In this document: in pieces, positions 23,800 to 33,221 of the stretch
How the letters are laid out: each line of letters begins with the position of its first letter
Numbering within the stretch: position 1 is the stretch's first letter
IMG/VR virus record: IMGVR_UViG_3300028908_000005
Location: 27,977-91,976 of that record
Reading direction: 5' to 3' (one strand)
Source of the DNA: a virus
Length of the DNA stretch: 64,000 nucleotides
Notes under the pieces: model-generated
What the model was told of the DNA's origin: nothing
Databases searched by the model: none
Seen by the model: the letters and a program-made list of their open reading frames with translations, nothing else
Translations under genes and position numbers: made by a program

Positions 23800-25770
23800 C
23801 TAGTTCGCACTAGCGGTTACGTCGGTAAATACGCCATTACCGACATTCTTCTTGGCCCGCCGCTTCGGCTTCTGCGGCGACGTAACTGGCACCGTACGTT
23901 TACGGCAAAAGTCTTCTACGGTCGCGATTTCCTGACTGTCGAGCTTCGCCAGGATCGGCAAAGTGTCGACTTCTGCCAGCAAATCGTCGATAGTCGGCCA
24001 CAGCGATTCGCCCGATGGCGGCTCGCCAGGCTTTCCGGCGGCTTCCCATTTGCCGAGCTCGCGATCATACGCAGCATGCCGCGCCGAGATCACGATTTCT
24101 TCGATTTCCGAGCCGGTGAATCGATCCAGCGCTGTTGCCACCGTAGCCAACGCCTTCTCATTATAATGCGACGGATCGACGCCGTAGCGCTGCAACTGGA
24201 TGCGAAGATGCTGAATCCGTTCTTCCTTGCTCGGCAGCCCAACGCCGAACACGCGGTCGAATCGCCCAGCACGCAGCATTTCCGGCGGAATGCCGTCGGT
24301 TCGATTCATCGTTACGATCACGAATGTACGATCGTCCTTACCGCGTTCAGTCAGCCATTTCAAGAAATAGCTGACCAAGCGGCTTGAAACACCACTGTCA
24401 GTCGACGCATTCTGGTGCGCGCCAGCAAACGCTTTGTCGATTTCATCGATCATCAACACGCAGTTCTTCAGCGAACTGACGATGCTGAGCGCTTGCCGCA
24501 TCCGTCGCTCGGATGCGCCGACCAAACTGTCGTACATCGACCCGATATCCATCGTAACAAGATCGAGCCCAAGAATCCTCGCCGTGATCTGGCCGATCAT
24601 CGTCTTACCCGTACCCGGCGTACCGATCAGCGCGCATCCGCGAGGAGTCGGAATACCGGCTTCCTGCGCATGCCGGCTGTACGCCCGCGACCGCCGCCGA
24701 ATGAACTTGATGTACTGATCGTAACCCGCAACCGTTGAAACGTCGCGGATATTACGATACGGAATGTACTCCAAGCCTTCGATCTTGCGAAAGATCACTG
24801 ACTTAGCGTCAGCGATCTGCGGCAGCATAGCTTCGCTGAACTGTCCGGAGAACGCAATCAGCTCGGCTAAAAGCTGAATCGCTTCTTCTACGGTCAGCCC
24901 AAGCATCGCATGTGCTAGCTTGTCACGGAGCTCGTCGCTGCACTCCACCGGTTCGCCAACCGTCGCTTCGCGAGACTCGACGATGTAATCGACGACTTCT
25001 TCGCGAAGTTCCTGTGCGTCCGGCAGTTCGAAATCGATAACGGTGCAGTAATCTTTGATCGCCGGATGTGGCGTCGGCGAATCGGCCAAGATGACCAACG
25101 GCGTCATCCGGCTACGGTTGCTCAATTTGCTGTACTTAGCAAGGTTGAGCAGCGATCTCCGCAAACGCCAGTTCGCTTGCGCGTTCAGCAGCAAGTGAAT
25201 GTCGCGTACGATGATCAAGCCGCGCGCCACGTTCAGATTCTCCAACGAATCCAGCATCGCCGTCGGATCCTTCAGTTCAGGATCCCACGATGCGCCCGCT
25301 TGGCAATCCCACATCAGCAGTTCCAGCCGAACATCCTTGCCGAACTCCGGCGGCGAATAGTCGTCCACCAGCGATGCCGCAAGTTGCGGTATGTCGTCGC
25401 TGATCGGCGTAGTCTCGACGATAAACTCCGGCTCGTCGTCGCTCTGTCGAAACTCGTTGATCGAAATAGCCACGAGCCAGCTGCTGCCGACAGGTACTTT
25501 ATCAGTCGGCCATGTTAACCGCAGCTTCCCTGCGATCTCTGACGACTCGCCTGCTGCATACGGCAGCTCGTGCGTATCGCCGCTAGTCCCGCGGACAGTC
25601 ACCACGTCTTCGGCTGTCCGCTCGACGCGGTACACTTCGACGTTATTACACACCGAGGCGATGCTACGTTCGCATCGTCCCTCGTCGCCAGCCATCGATA
25701 TCCAGATGATATCGGTACCGGCGGTGATTTTCTGCCGCAACTGCGCTTTGAATCGTTCCCCTGGTCTCAT
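23800..25770 (-). CDS. Ycf46-like AAA+ ATPase
   Basis: GTPGTGKT, LMIDEIDKAF, TMN...PPEMLRAGRFD; N-terminal inactive AAA-like half with RDIH. Confidence 0.9.
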   Translation of the reverse strand: MRPGERFKAQLRQKITAGTDIIWISMAGDEGRCERSIASVCNNVEVYRVERTAEDVVTVRGTSGDTHELPYAAGESSEIAGKLRLTWPTDKVPVGSSWLVAISINEFRQSDDEPEFIVETTPISDDIPQLAASLVDDYSPPEFGKDVRLELLMWDCQAGASWDPELKDPTAMLDSLENLNVARGLIIVRDIHLLLNAQANWRLRRSLLNLAKYSKLSNRSRMTPLVILADSPTPHPAIKDYCTVIDFELPDAQELREEVVDYIVESREATVGEPVECSDELRDKLAHAMLGLTVEEAIQLLAELIAFSGQFSEAMLPQIADAKSVIFRKIEGLEYIPYRNIRDVSTVAGYDQYIKFIRRRSRAYSRHAQEAGIPTPRGCALIGTPGTGKTMIGQITARILGLDLVTMDIGSMYDSLVGASERRMRQALSIVSSLKNCVLMIDEIDKAFAGAHQNASTDSGVSSRLVSYFLKWLTERGKDDRTFVIVTMNRTDGIPPEMLRAGRFDRVFGVGLPSKEERIQHLRIQLQRYGVDPSHYNEKALATVATALDRFTGSEIEEIVISARHAAYDRELGKWEAAGKPGEPPSGESLWPTIDDLLAEVDTLPILAKLDSQEIATVEDFCRKRTVPVTSPQKPKRRAKKNVGNGVFTDVTASAN

Positions 25771-25811
25771 AACGTACTACTCCCTGAAAAAGTGAGAAAT
25801 TCTGCGATTGC

Positions 25812-26303
25812 CTAGACCGTCAACAACCGCACGAAGGTCGCCAAATCAGCATGCACGCTCTGGTGCGTCTTCGGCTTGATCAACTTACCGTGCTCGTCGA
25901 TGCTGTGGCCCGGTCCGAACTTGGTCAAATTGTTCCAATCGACCAGCTGCATCGGGTAGCTGTCTGGTATGCCAGCAGCCGACAAAGAACCGGTCGTTAC
26001 GACCAGCGTGTCGCAACAGCCGTCAACAAATTCGACCAAATCGAACTCGTGCGTACGTTCGCACGAGAAGTCCGTTATATGGTTTGTAACCGGCGAGTTG
26101 AGTTTGCACTCGCCGTGAAACGTGACGGTAACGCCAGCGGCGTTCGCCGTCTCCAGCACCTCTTCCAGCATCAGCCTGATACGCAGCTCTGCTGTAGCCG
26201 CATCGAGGTCTTTCGGTTTGCTCGGCACGTTTTGCCCGGCCAAACCCATAAAATCCTCGACAGCTTGCTGATGCCACGACTTCCTTTTGATTTCTTCCAA
26301 CAT
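25812..26303 (-). CDS. MazG-like / PRA-PH nucleotide pyrophosphohydrolase
   Basis: LRIRLMLEEVLE, EFVDGCCD..VV..G, VDWNNLTK, GKLIKP. Confidence 0.8.
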   Translation of the reverse strand: MLEEIKRKSWHQQAVEDFMGLAGQNVPSKPKDLDAATAELRIRLMLEEVLETANAAGVTVTFHGECKLNSPVTNHITDFSCERTHEFDLVEFVDGCCDTLVVTTGSLSAAGIPDSYPMQLVDWNNLTKFGPGHSIDEHGKLIKPKTHQSVHADLATFVRLLTV

Positions 26304-26315
26304 GGTGTTCTCCAG

Positions 26316-27140
26316 CTACTGAATATGTTTCAGCTCACGCGACAAATCTTTCGCTGTCGTACGCTCAGAATGCACTGGCGTCCAACAGTGTTTGGCGATC
26401 GTTTTATCGAGCGGCCGCCGCAGCGAAGCATCCATTCGTAACGACGTCATCGCCCGCGGTGCCAGATGCAGCGCCGGAATCAGCCGCGACAGCTGCGAAT
26501 CGCCAAGCAGCCGCACCTGCAGGTAAGCCGATCCGAACACCAGATACGATGCCGGCGACTCCAGATGCGAAAACCACTGGCGATGCAGCCGCACCGCAGC
26601 GTAACCGAACATATCGCTCGAGTTATCTACGATGACTTGGTACGTACCGAACGCTGACGTATCGAGAGTAGCCAGCGGTAGGTCGCGATCGCCGGTAATC
26701 GTCAGCACGACACGCCACGACGTCGACGATGCGCTATTGCGGATCACTTTAAGACACCAGCTAGCGTCGGTGTCGCGGGATGCCACATATCGCCGCGGCG
26801 GTTCGGTGTGGTAATCCAAAACCCACTCCGGCGGCCCTTCAGTAGCTGTGTCATAAATCAAACCGTAACGCCAACCGGCAATACAAGCGCGATCGGTAGC
26901 CGCGCAGCGCGCTTTTAGATGGCGAACGATTCGCCAAAACGTTGGATCACCAGCGTCGATCGTCGCCTTGCGGTTAACACGCCGCGAGAAGTGTGCGCCG
27001 CTAAACGGTGTAGTGACAATCGCAACTGCCGGCAGCGCCGGATAGTACAGTTGTAGCAGTTTCGCGACAACCTCGTGGATCGGTTCTGTCTTTGACTGTT
27101 CGACTAATTCATACTTCGCGTCGATATTCGCATCTGCCAT
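26316..27140 (-). CDS. Hypothetical protein
   Basis: 274-aa ORF in the operon. Confidence 0.7.
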   Translation of the reverse strand: MADANIDAKYELVEQSKTEPIHEVVAKLLQLYYPALPAVAIVTTPFSGAHFSRRVNRKATIDAGDPTFWRIVRHLKARCAATDRACIAGWRYGLIYDTATEGPPEWVLDYHTEPPRRYVASRDTDASWCLKVIRNSASSTSWRVVLTITGDRDLPLATLDTSAFGTYQVIVDNSSDMFGYAAVRLHRQWFSHLESPASYLVFGSAYLQVRLLGDSQLSRLIPALHLAPRAMTSLRMDASLRRPLDKTIAKHCWTPVHSERTTAKDLSRELKHIQ

Positions 27141-27151
27141 CGCATCACCCC

Positions 27152-27886
27152 TTACTGTATGTTTTTCAGCTGTCTTGCGCCGCGACGCTTCGCGTCTTGT
27201 TGCATATCTGTCGGCGGCGACACGAACCTACTTTCGCAGGTCCATACCACGTTGCCGATCGAGCTCGATACGCTGCAGGTGTACATAAGCAACGATGTAT
27301 CGCCCGAAACTGACGGTCGCAACGTTTGCAGCAACTGCTCGTATGCTGTCACAGCCGCGTCTGTTGGACTATCGGCAGCCACATCGTTTGTTGTGTACGT
27401 GCCGCGAGGGTCGGCGAAAATGTCGCTGCTTGAAAAGGTGCCGTGTACTGTGAACGTCACATTATACAGTAACGGCAAGCGAGCAGCTGCAGCCGCTTCG
27501 TAAACAGCGTGCCCGGAAACGAAAGGTCGCGCATCCGGCACCGAAAAGCGCTGCGTTACCACGCCGTCTTCGCCGTGTTGCTTTATGTACAGCATGCCGT
27601 CTCGCGTCCAAAGCGCGGCCGTTGCTGTACTTAGCCGCGTTTCCTCCCTGACCATCATCTCTAACGCGCGGTTACAGAGCTCCAGGTACTCCTGGTCCTG
27701 CGTTTGCGGCGAGATATGCCGGATTTCCACGTCGTTGCTGTTGGCCATACGCTTACCGTCTTTGGCCACCACAAGCGTCGCGTCGAAGTTTTCGGCGCCC
27801 TCGAGCACCGTATAATACTGCGACCAGAACCACCAATGAGGGGTGCCGTCTAGATATAATTTCAACAACCGTAGGTTGACCGCCAT
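27152..27886 (-). CDS. Hypothetical protein
   Basis: 244-aa ORF in the operon. Confidence 0.7.
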   Translation of the reverse strand: MAVNLRLLKLYLDGTPHWWFWSQYYTVLEGAENFDATLVVAKDGKRMANSNDVEIRHISPQTQDQEYLELCNRALEMMVREETRLSTATAALWTRDGMLYIKQHGEDGVVTQRFSVPDARPFVSGHAVYEAAAAARLPLLYNVTFTVHGTFSSSDIFADPRGTYTTNDVAADSPTDAAVTAYEQLLQTLRPSVSGDTSLLMYTCSVSSSIGNVVWTCESRFVSPPTDMQQDAKRRGARQLKNIQ

Positions 27887-27887
27887 A

Positions 27888-28226
27888 CTAATCGACCTTT
27901 TCTAAACGTTTACGAATTTCGTCGACATTCGGATTGTCCAAATAATCGGCAAGACCTTCGGCCAAGTCATCCAAATCGTCGTCTTCCGGGTCGAAGAAGA
28001 CCGGCGTACCCAGCTGCAACACCCAAGTGTCGTCAGCTGCCGATTTGATCGTGACAAAACCGACAACGCGCTCGCCGCAGCTAGTGTCGTAACCGAGCGA
28101 CACTTCGTCAAACCGGATATTTGTGTTCGGATCGATCGCGCACACTTCGCGTATCTTTTCGACTAACTCTTTGCCGAACTCGTCAATGAACCGTTCGGCT
28201 CGACTGATTCTCGCTATCTGACCCAT
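27888..28226 (-). CDS. Hypothetical acidic protein
   Basis: GGAGG RBS, tight packing. Confidence 0.7.
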   Translation of the reverse strand: MGQIARISRAERFIDEFGKELVEKIREVCAIDPNTNIRFDEVSLGYDTSCGERVVGFVTIKSAADDTWVLQLGTPVFFDPEDDDLDDLAEGLADYLDNPNVDEIRKRLEKVD

Positions 28227-28494
28227 CGCGGTCCTCCACTGGTTCTGTAATCACTACCGCCGTAACGTTTTGCACGCGACCTGCCGGCAGCATTAACGCT
28301 TCCCGCAAGTTGACCGCTTCTGCATTCTTCACTGCTAATTCCTCCCGCAACGCTTTGGCCCGCTGATGGCACCTGACGAGCGCTGTCGCATCCTTGTCAG
28401 GGTTCGGAAACGTCACAAGCGGATCAAGCACGAACATCGTTTTATCGTTGCGCTTGATCCTAAACATGCAAACGCAATAGCGGTTACTGAACAT
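28183..28494 (-). CDS. Hypothetical protein
   Basis: AAAGGA RBS before ATG 28494. Confidence 0.6.
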   Translation of the reverse strand: MFSNRYCVCMFRIKRNDKTMFVLDPLVTFPNPDKDATALVRCHQRAKALREELAVKNAEAVNLREALMLPAGRVQNVTAVVITEPVEDRDGSDSENQSSRTVH

Positions 28495-28507
28495 GTCGCA
28501 AATCCTT

Positions 28508-29149
28508 TCAACTGTACACGCGATAGCGCCGCAACTCGCCCACGCTACCGTGGCTGAATATCGCAAACGGAACCTGTTCGAAATATCGCGGCAGCTTTCC
28601 GCGGTGTCCTTTGATCTCCACGTTAAATGTTGTATCTAACGCGTCTTTCCCAAACGCGTCTTGCAACCCGCGAGCAATCTCGCGTAGCTGGCTAACACCT
28701 ACCGGCACAGCCAACTGTATGTTATTGTTCGCGACTCTGATCCAGTGTTTCTCTCGGATGATCCAGTCGCGGATATCGTCTGCCGCACCGTCGGCATCGT
28801 TGTCGATCAGCATGCTAAACTGCTTCTCCGGCCATGCGATAATATTTCGCAGCGTCGCGTAACAGTCGACAAGGCTCGCCGGCGACGTGTCATAGATCAC
28901 GCCGCGAAGCGCCACCGGATCGCCGGTATCGGCGACTAACCAAGTCGCAACCTCCCTGGCGATCGCTTTGAGCCACTCGCAGTTCACCTCCGGCTCTCGC
29001 CACCGCGCAGTCTGCAGATCCGTAAGAAATTCTTCGAGAAGATAATTCCAAGCCTGCGACGCATGATTGTCGTCGCCACTGTCACCGGCTGGTATAAGCA
29101 GGCCATTGGCGAGCCAAAACTCGCCACAGAGCGTGTTGTTAGTTGTCAT
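28508..29149 (-). CDS. Hypothetical protein
   Basis: 213-aa ORF in the operon. Confidence 0.7.
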   Translation of the reverse strand: MTTNNTLCGEFWLANGLLIPAGDSGDDNHASQAWNYLLEEFLTDLQTARWREPEVNCEWLKAIAREVATWLVADTGDPVALRGVIYDTSPASLVDCYATLRNIIAWPEKQFSMLIDNDADGAADDIRDWIIREKHWIRVANNNIQLAVPVGVSQLREIARGLQDAFGKDALDTTFNVEIKGHRGKLPRYFEQVPFAIFSHGSVGELRRYRVYS

Positions 29150-29170
29150 GCGTGTCTGCCGTAGAAAGCG

Positions 29171-29827
29171 TCAAGCCACGTCGGCGCCGATGATACGATC
29201 GTACATCGATGTAACGATCTCTTCGGCACTGCGGCGGCCGCCTGAGCGCAAAGAAGCAGGGATGACCGTCCACGGCCATCCCTGCGAAGCCATCGCAAGA
29301 TACGCCTCGCGTACCCGCTTGAGGTACGCTTTCGTCCACCCAAGCTTGCGGCCTGGGTGCGTCGCCGTAATACGCTTGAATGCGTGTTCGGCCGGCATAT
29401 CGAGATAAAAGATGTGCTTTGGCTTCCTTGCCTTGAAGATCTTATATTCGATAACCGCAATCTGTGCGGCTACCCGTTCGCGGTCCCGATCGCGGTAGTA
29501 ACCGCTCTGGAACGCGATATTACGTTCGACATACGAAGCGCAGACGACGACGCGACCGCGATTGATATTCATCGTGATCTCGTCCTGCATCTCGTAATGG
29601 TCGCCAACGGAAAGCATCGCAGCCAGCAGCGGATCAGACTTTTTGAACTTGCCGGCCTGCAGTTTGGCTGCGAGGTTCCCGAAGAATGTCCGATCTTTCG
29701 CTGGGAAAGTCAGCAATCTCGCATCGCACTCGTAGACACCTTCGCCCGTATTCAGGCGACCGCACAGCAAGCGAGCTTCCAACTCACAGAGGGCCCAATC
29801 CAAGCTCTCTACCGTGATCAACATCAC
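29171..29827 (-). CDS. Thymidylate kinase-fold protein with degenerate P-loop
   Basis: LITVESLD, LTFP, GRVVVCASY..NIAFQ, P..IFYLDMP.E.AFKRI, YLKRVREAYL follow the Tmk layout, but GxGKT and DR are absent. Confidence 0.7.
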   Translation of the reverse strand: MMLITVESLDWALCELEARLLCGRLNTGEGVYECDARLLTFPAKDRTFFGNLAAKLQAGKFKKSDPLLAAMLSVGDHYEMQDEITMNINRGRVVVCASYVERNIAFQSGYYRDRDRERVAAQIAVIEYKIFKARKPKHIFYLDMPAEHAFKRITATHPGRKLGWTKAYLKRVREAYLAMASQGWPWTVIPASLRSGGRRSAEEIVTSMYDRIIGADVA

Positions 29828-29845
29828 GCGCTCCGTCGAGAAATG

Positions 29846-30091
29846 CTAGCTCCGAGATTCTGCTTTACGTCGCTTTCGGCGTCTTAGTGCAGCAATCGCC
29901 CGCCGCAACTTGCCGTCGACAATACGTTGCACACTCTCAGGTAGATTATCGTAGTCCCTGATTTGTGCAAGTACTTCGTCCGACAACTGCGGCAAGTCAC
30001 GGAACTCGTCGTGGTCCAAAACGATCTTGCTTTTGTGCTGCGTCAGCGCTATCGACGTCGGCGCAGCTACCCGGTATCGTTGCCTTCGCAT
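29846..30091 (-). CDS. Small hypothetical protein
   Basis: Fills the gap and overlaps the csrA end. Confidence 0.5.
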   Translation of the reverse strand: MRRQRYRVAAPTSIALTQHKSKIVLDHDEFRDLPQLSDEVLAQIRDYDNLPESVQRIVDGKLRRAIAALRRRKRRKAESRS

Positions 30092-30258
30092 CGCGGCGTC
30101 TCGTTGTCAAAAAGTTGCAACTCCCCGCGAACGACGCGTACGCTTTTCGGCGCCGAGATGCCAAGCTTAACGCGGTTCGCGTCAATCCGTACGACATCGA
30201 CGTAGATGTTTTTGCCGATACGCACGCGCTCTCCCTGCTTTCTTGTTAATACTAACAT
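30067..30258 (-). CDS. csrA: Carbon storage regulator CsrA
   Basis: MLVLTRKQGERVRIG.NI.V.VV.I..NRVKLGISAPKSVRV.RGEL. Confidence 0.95.
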   Translation of the reverse strand: MLVLTRKQGERVRIGKNIYVDVVRIDANRVKLGISAPKSVRVVRGELQLFDNETPRCEGNDTG

Positions 30259-30272
30259 CAGCTTCTCCAAAA

Positions 30273-31241
30273 TTAGCCGAAAATTTGTTTACCTTCGTCG
30301 GGCATCGGACGTTTGTTCTGCGTGAACAAATTGACAGACGTGTCGATAATCTCGGGCTGCTGCGGCGGTGTATAGGCCGCCGGCAGCAACACTTGAGTTA
30401 CCGACGTGAAACCGGCTGCATGCTTGTGCCCGCCGCCGCCATATCGCGTAGCGATCACCGAAACGTCAGCGCCGCCCTTGCTTCGCAGCTCGTAGGCGAA
30501 GCCGCCGCTGGCCAGTTCACGCCAGACGACAGCCATTTTGGCGCCGCCTTCAAGCAGCCGCTCGGCAATATCGCTGCTCAACTCTTTGATCGTGCAGTTT
30601 ACAGCTGGCACTTTCTCGCCGTCAAACAGCATGTCGCGAGCATCAGCTACAGCTGCATCGACAAGCCGCGTGCGGTAACGCAATATGGCCGTACCTTCGG
30701 CGGCCAACGCATCCGGACCTTTTTCGGCCATCGCGTCCCACGCTTCAATCGTGTACGGATAGCTCCGAATGGCCGCGTTTACTTCACGAGAGTTTTCGAG
30801 TTTCCAGCGCCAAAGGTCGCGGTCTTCCGTGAAGACGACTAGCCACGGCGGCAGATTCTGCAAATGCTCGTCGGGCGAAATCGTCAATTCTGCGATGCTT
30901 ACGAGGTTATCCTCGTTCACGTCAGATCGCTTGCACACGTACTCCCACATTAGACGCGCGCCCGACCGTTCGATATCGAACACGCAGAATGGGAGCCCGC
31001 TCAGCTTCGCTTCAGCCGATTCGTGATGATCCAATACGATCAACGAATTTGCGGCAGCGTGCATTGTTGTCAGCGTTTCGCGATCGTATGAGAAGTCGGC
31101 GATTATTACGTCTTCGCCAGCAACGTTCGGCGCCGGCTCGCCGTGTTTTGCTGGGTACAGCTTAGCTTCTGGCCACGCCTTCTTGGCGATCCAAGCAGCA
31201 CAGAAACCGTCTGAACAGTTTGCATGGTAGATAATCAGCAT
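30273..31241 (-). CDS. DHH/DHHA1 phosphoesterase (NrnB-like)
   Basis: IYHANCSDG, ADFSY, LDHHES, RSGA, EDRDLW, YGGGGHKHAAGF. Confidence 0.9.
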   Translation of the reverse strand: MLIIYHANCSDGFCAAWIAKKAWPEAKLYPAKHGEPAPNVAGEDVIIADFSYDRETLTTMHAAANSLIVLDHHESAEAKLSGLPFCVFDIERSGARLMWEYVCKRSDVNEDNLVSIAELTISPDEHLQNLPPWLVVFTEDRDLWRWKLENSREVNAAIRSYPYTIEAWDAMAEKGPDALAAEGTAILRYRTRLVDAAVADARDMLFDGEKVPAVNCTIKELSSDIAERLLEGGAKMAVVWRELASGGFAYELRSKGGADVSVIATRYGGGGHKHAAGFTSVTQVLLPAAYTPPQQPEIIDTSVNLFTQNKRPMPDEGKQIFG

Positions 31242-31251
31242 TGTCTTCCCT

Positions 31252-31461
31252 CTATTTAGTTTTCGCTTTCGTTTGACGCAGTTGCGTAATCGCAGCTTGC
31301 AAACACTCTTCGCAAATCGACTCAAAACCGTAAGCTTCGTTGTCGAGAAAAACGAAGCACCACCGCCGCTCCCTGCAAAAGATGCATGTCGCCGGGAGGA
31401 ATCGTATGTCGCGGAAATTGTCTTTGTATAACCGCGATACGTCAATCTCGTCTGTTGTCAT
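31252..31461 (-). CDS. Small C4 Zn-finger protein
   Basis: CIFC...ICEEC. Confidence 0.6.
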   Translation of the reverse strand: MTTDEIDVSRLYKDNFRDIRFLPATCIFCRERRWCFVFLDNEAYGFESICEECLQAAITQLRQTKAKTK

Positions 31462-31666
31462 GGTTACCGCCTATAGGCACTCCGCAAATTCGGCATTTCG
31501 GCATTTGCTGCAGCTGCCGCTTTGCTTCGGCAGTCGTCGTCTCCCAGTCGAGCAAGATTTGCCGCAAAGCGAACAGTATCGTTACTGCTACGCCGAACAG
31601 GAATCCGACAACCAATCCAGCGATCATACCCACCGTAACCCAAATCCCGATATTGCTTTGCATCAC
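31442..31666 (-). CDS. Small membrane protein
   Basis: N-terminal TM helix, C-terminal CRICG. Confidence 0.55.
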   Translation of the reverse strand: MMQSNIGIWVTVGMIAGLVVGFLFGVAVTILFALRQILLDWETTTAEAKRQLQQMPKCRICGVPIGGNHDNRRD

Positions 31667-32151
31667 TTCCAGCTCGCTTCCAAATTTGCGGCAAATTCTT
31701 GTGCTTGTTCGTACTGTACGAAACGTTTAAGAATCTTACCTTCATCATTTAATACTGCCCAATGCTGATCGGCTTCAATCCACGCTACACAGCAGCCGTA
31801 GTCCAAGCCGTACAGCTCGCTCAACGCGCGGCAGCCGTCTTCGTCGATGCGCCACCGCTGACCGTCGGCGCTTCCGTGAGCCACTATCACACCATCGCAA
31901 CGAACTAACATTTCGTCGCCACGCTGCGCAATCTGCCCACGTATTTCTTCCGGCATGCCTGGCGGCGGTTCTTGCGACCAGCTCCACCACGCCAGCACGA
32001 CGCGGTCTGTCCGCTCGAGCCACCAAGCGCCGTTGCTGTAACACAACGCAATCGCCAATGGTAATTTGGGTTGCCCCGCATCCGGCAAAGAATGCAGCAA
32101 CCATTTCGCGGCTTTTGCTATTCCGCGACTCAGCTTATCTAGCGCTTTCAT
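31663..32151 (-). CDS. Hypothetical protein
   Basis: GGAGG RBS before ATG 32151. Confidence 0.65.
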   Translation of the reverse strand: MKALDKLSRGIAKAAKWLLHSLPDAGQPKLPLAIALCYSNGAWWLERTDRVVLAWWSWSQEPPPGMPEEIRGQIAQRGDEMLVRCDGVIVAHGSADGQRWRIDEDGCRALSELYGLDYGCCVAWIEADQHWAVLNDEGKILKRFVQYEQAQEFAANLEASWK

Positions 32152-32194
32152 CGTCGCTCCCTCCGAATCCAATCCGGTTAAATTAACGACAAAT

Positions 32195-32229
32195 TAAAAG
32201 CAAGGCCGGCTGCATCAGCACAGCCGGCC
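32195..32229 (-). terminator. Probable intrinsic terminator
   Basis: GGCCGGCTG...CAGCCGGCC hairpin followed by TTGCTTT on the minus strand, after the stop at 32257. Confidence 0.6.
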
Positions 32230-32256
32230 CAAGTTACGATCAGTTTCGTAACGCCG

Positions 32257-32517
32257 CTACTCAGCCGGCGATGCTTTCTCTGATTCGACTGGCGGTTCGG
32301 GTTCGGGTTCCGGAGCTGTCTCTGCTTCCGCCTCTGCTACCGCCTCCGGTTCAGGTGCTGTCTCCGGAGCTGGTTCGGGTTCAGGTGCCGGTTCAGGTGC
32401 CGGTTCAGGTTCGGGTACAGTCGGAGCTTCCGCTATCAGCTCCGCATCCGTACCAGCCGTTGCCTCCGCCTTTGCTGCTTCTTCACGTACTCGTTGTCGC
32501 CATTCGATTGAACTCAT
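32257..32517 (-). CDS. Small Pro/Glu/Ala-repeat protein
   Basis: PEPEPAPE repeats. Confidence 0.6.
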   Translation of the reverse strand: MSSIEWRQRVREEAAKAEATAGTDAELIAEAPTVPEPEPAPEPAPEPEPAPETAPEPEAVAEAEAETAPEPEPEPPVESEKASPAE

Positions 32518-33221
32518 ACTACTGTCTCCGATTTGAAATAGTTTACGGTAACACACTTTGGTTCTGGCATTTCGGCATCGTTTTTACCGAGCAGATACCG
32601 CGATTTCCAAGCGCGGCTATTCGGATGCCACGTATGGAAAAACCCTTGCAAACGTTCGCGGACAAGCTCAAGGCCGCCGCGTTTAGCACGCCAATAGACG
32701 TAATCATCGTTGCCGCCGTACGTCAGCCCGGAAGCAACGCTCCAACCGCCGATTACGCGATTATAGTCTGCCGCTAGGAACGCACAGTTGCCGCGACCAG
32801 ACGACCGCCACCAGCCGTTGCCTCGCTTCGCTTCCATCGGCTTATACCGATATAGCGAAAAGCATATCGGAAACCAGGATACGCCTGGCTCGACCACTTC
32901 TCTCGCTCTGGCTACATACGTCGTCGGCAGCCGCATATCGGCATCGACGAACAATACGATATCGTCATCAGCGATATCCGTATGCGACACGCCGATATTC
33001 AGGCACAGTGGCTTATTGAACGGGATGCCGCAAACAGTGATTAGTTTCGTCGGCACCGTTGTCGCCGCTACGGCCGCTTTGACGTCGCCGTCGGTCGACT
33101 CGTTATCGATAACGGTAAGGTCGTAAAGGCCGGCATCCTGCTGTCGCCCGATGTCGCCGACTAGATCGGCTACCTTAGCCGTGCGATTTTTCGTGCTTAT
33201 GAAAATATGTGCAGTACTCAA
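32514..33221 (-). CDS. GT-A glycosyltransferase (GT2/GT7-like), paralog 2
   Basis: VIDNESTD, FNKPLCLNIG, LFVDAD, WFPICFSLY, YGGNDD, FFHTWH. Confidence 0.85.
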   Translation of the reverse strand: MSTAHIFISTKNRTAKVADLVGDIGRQQDAGLYDLTVIDNESTDGDVKAAVAATTVPTKLITVCGIPFNKPLCLNIGVSHTDIADDDIVLFVDADMRLPTTYVARAREVVEPGVSWFPICFSLYRYKPMEAKRGNGWWRSSGRGNCAFLAADYNRVIGGWSVASGLTYGGNDDYVYWRAKRGGLELVRERLQGFFHTWHPNSRAWKSRYLLGKNDAEMPEPKCVTVNYFKSETVV

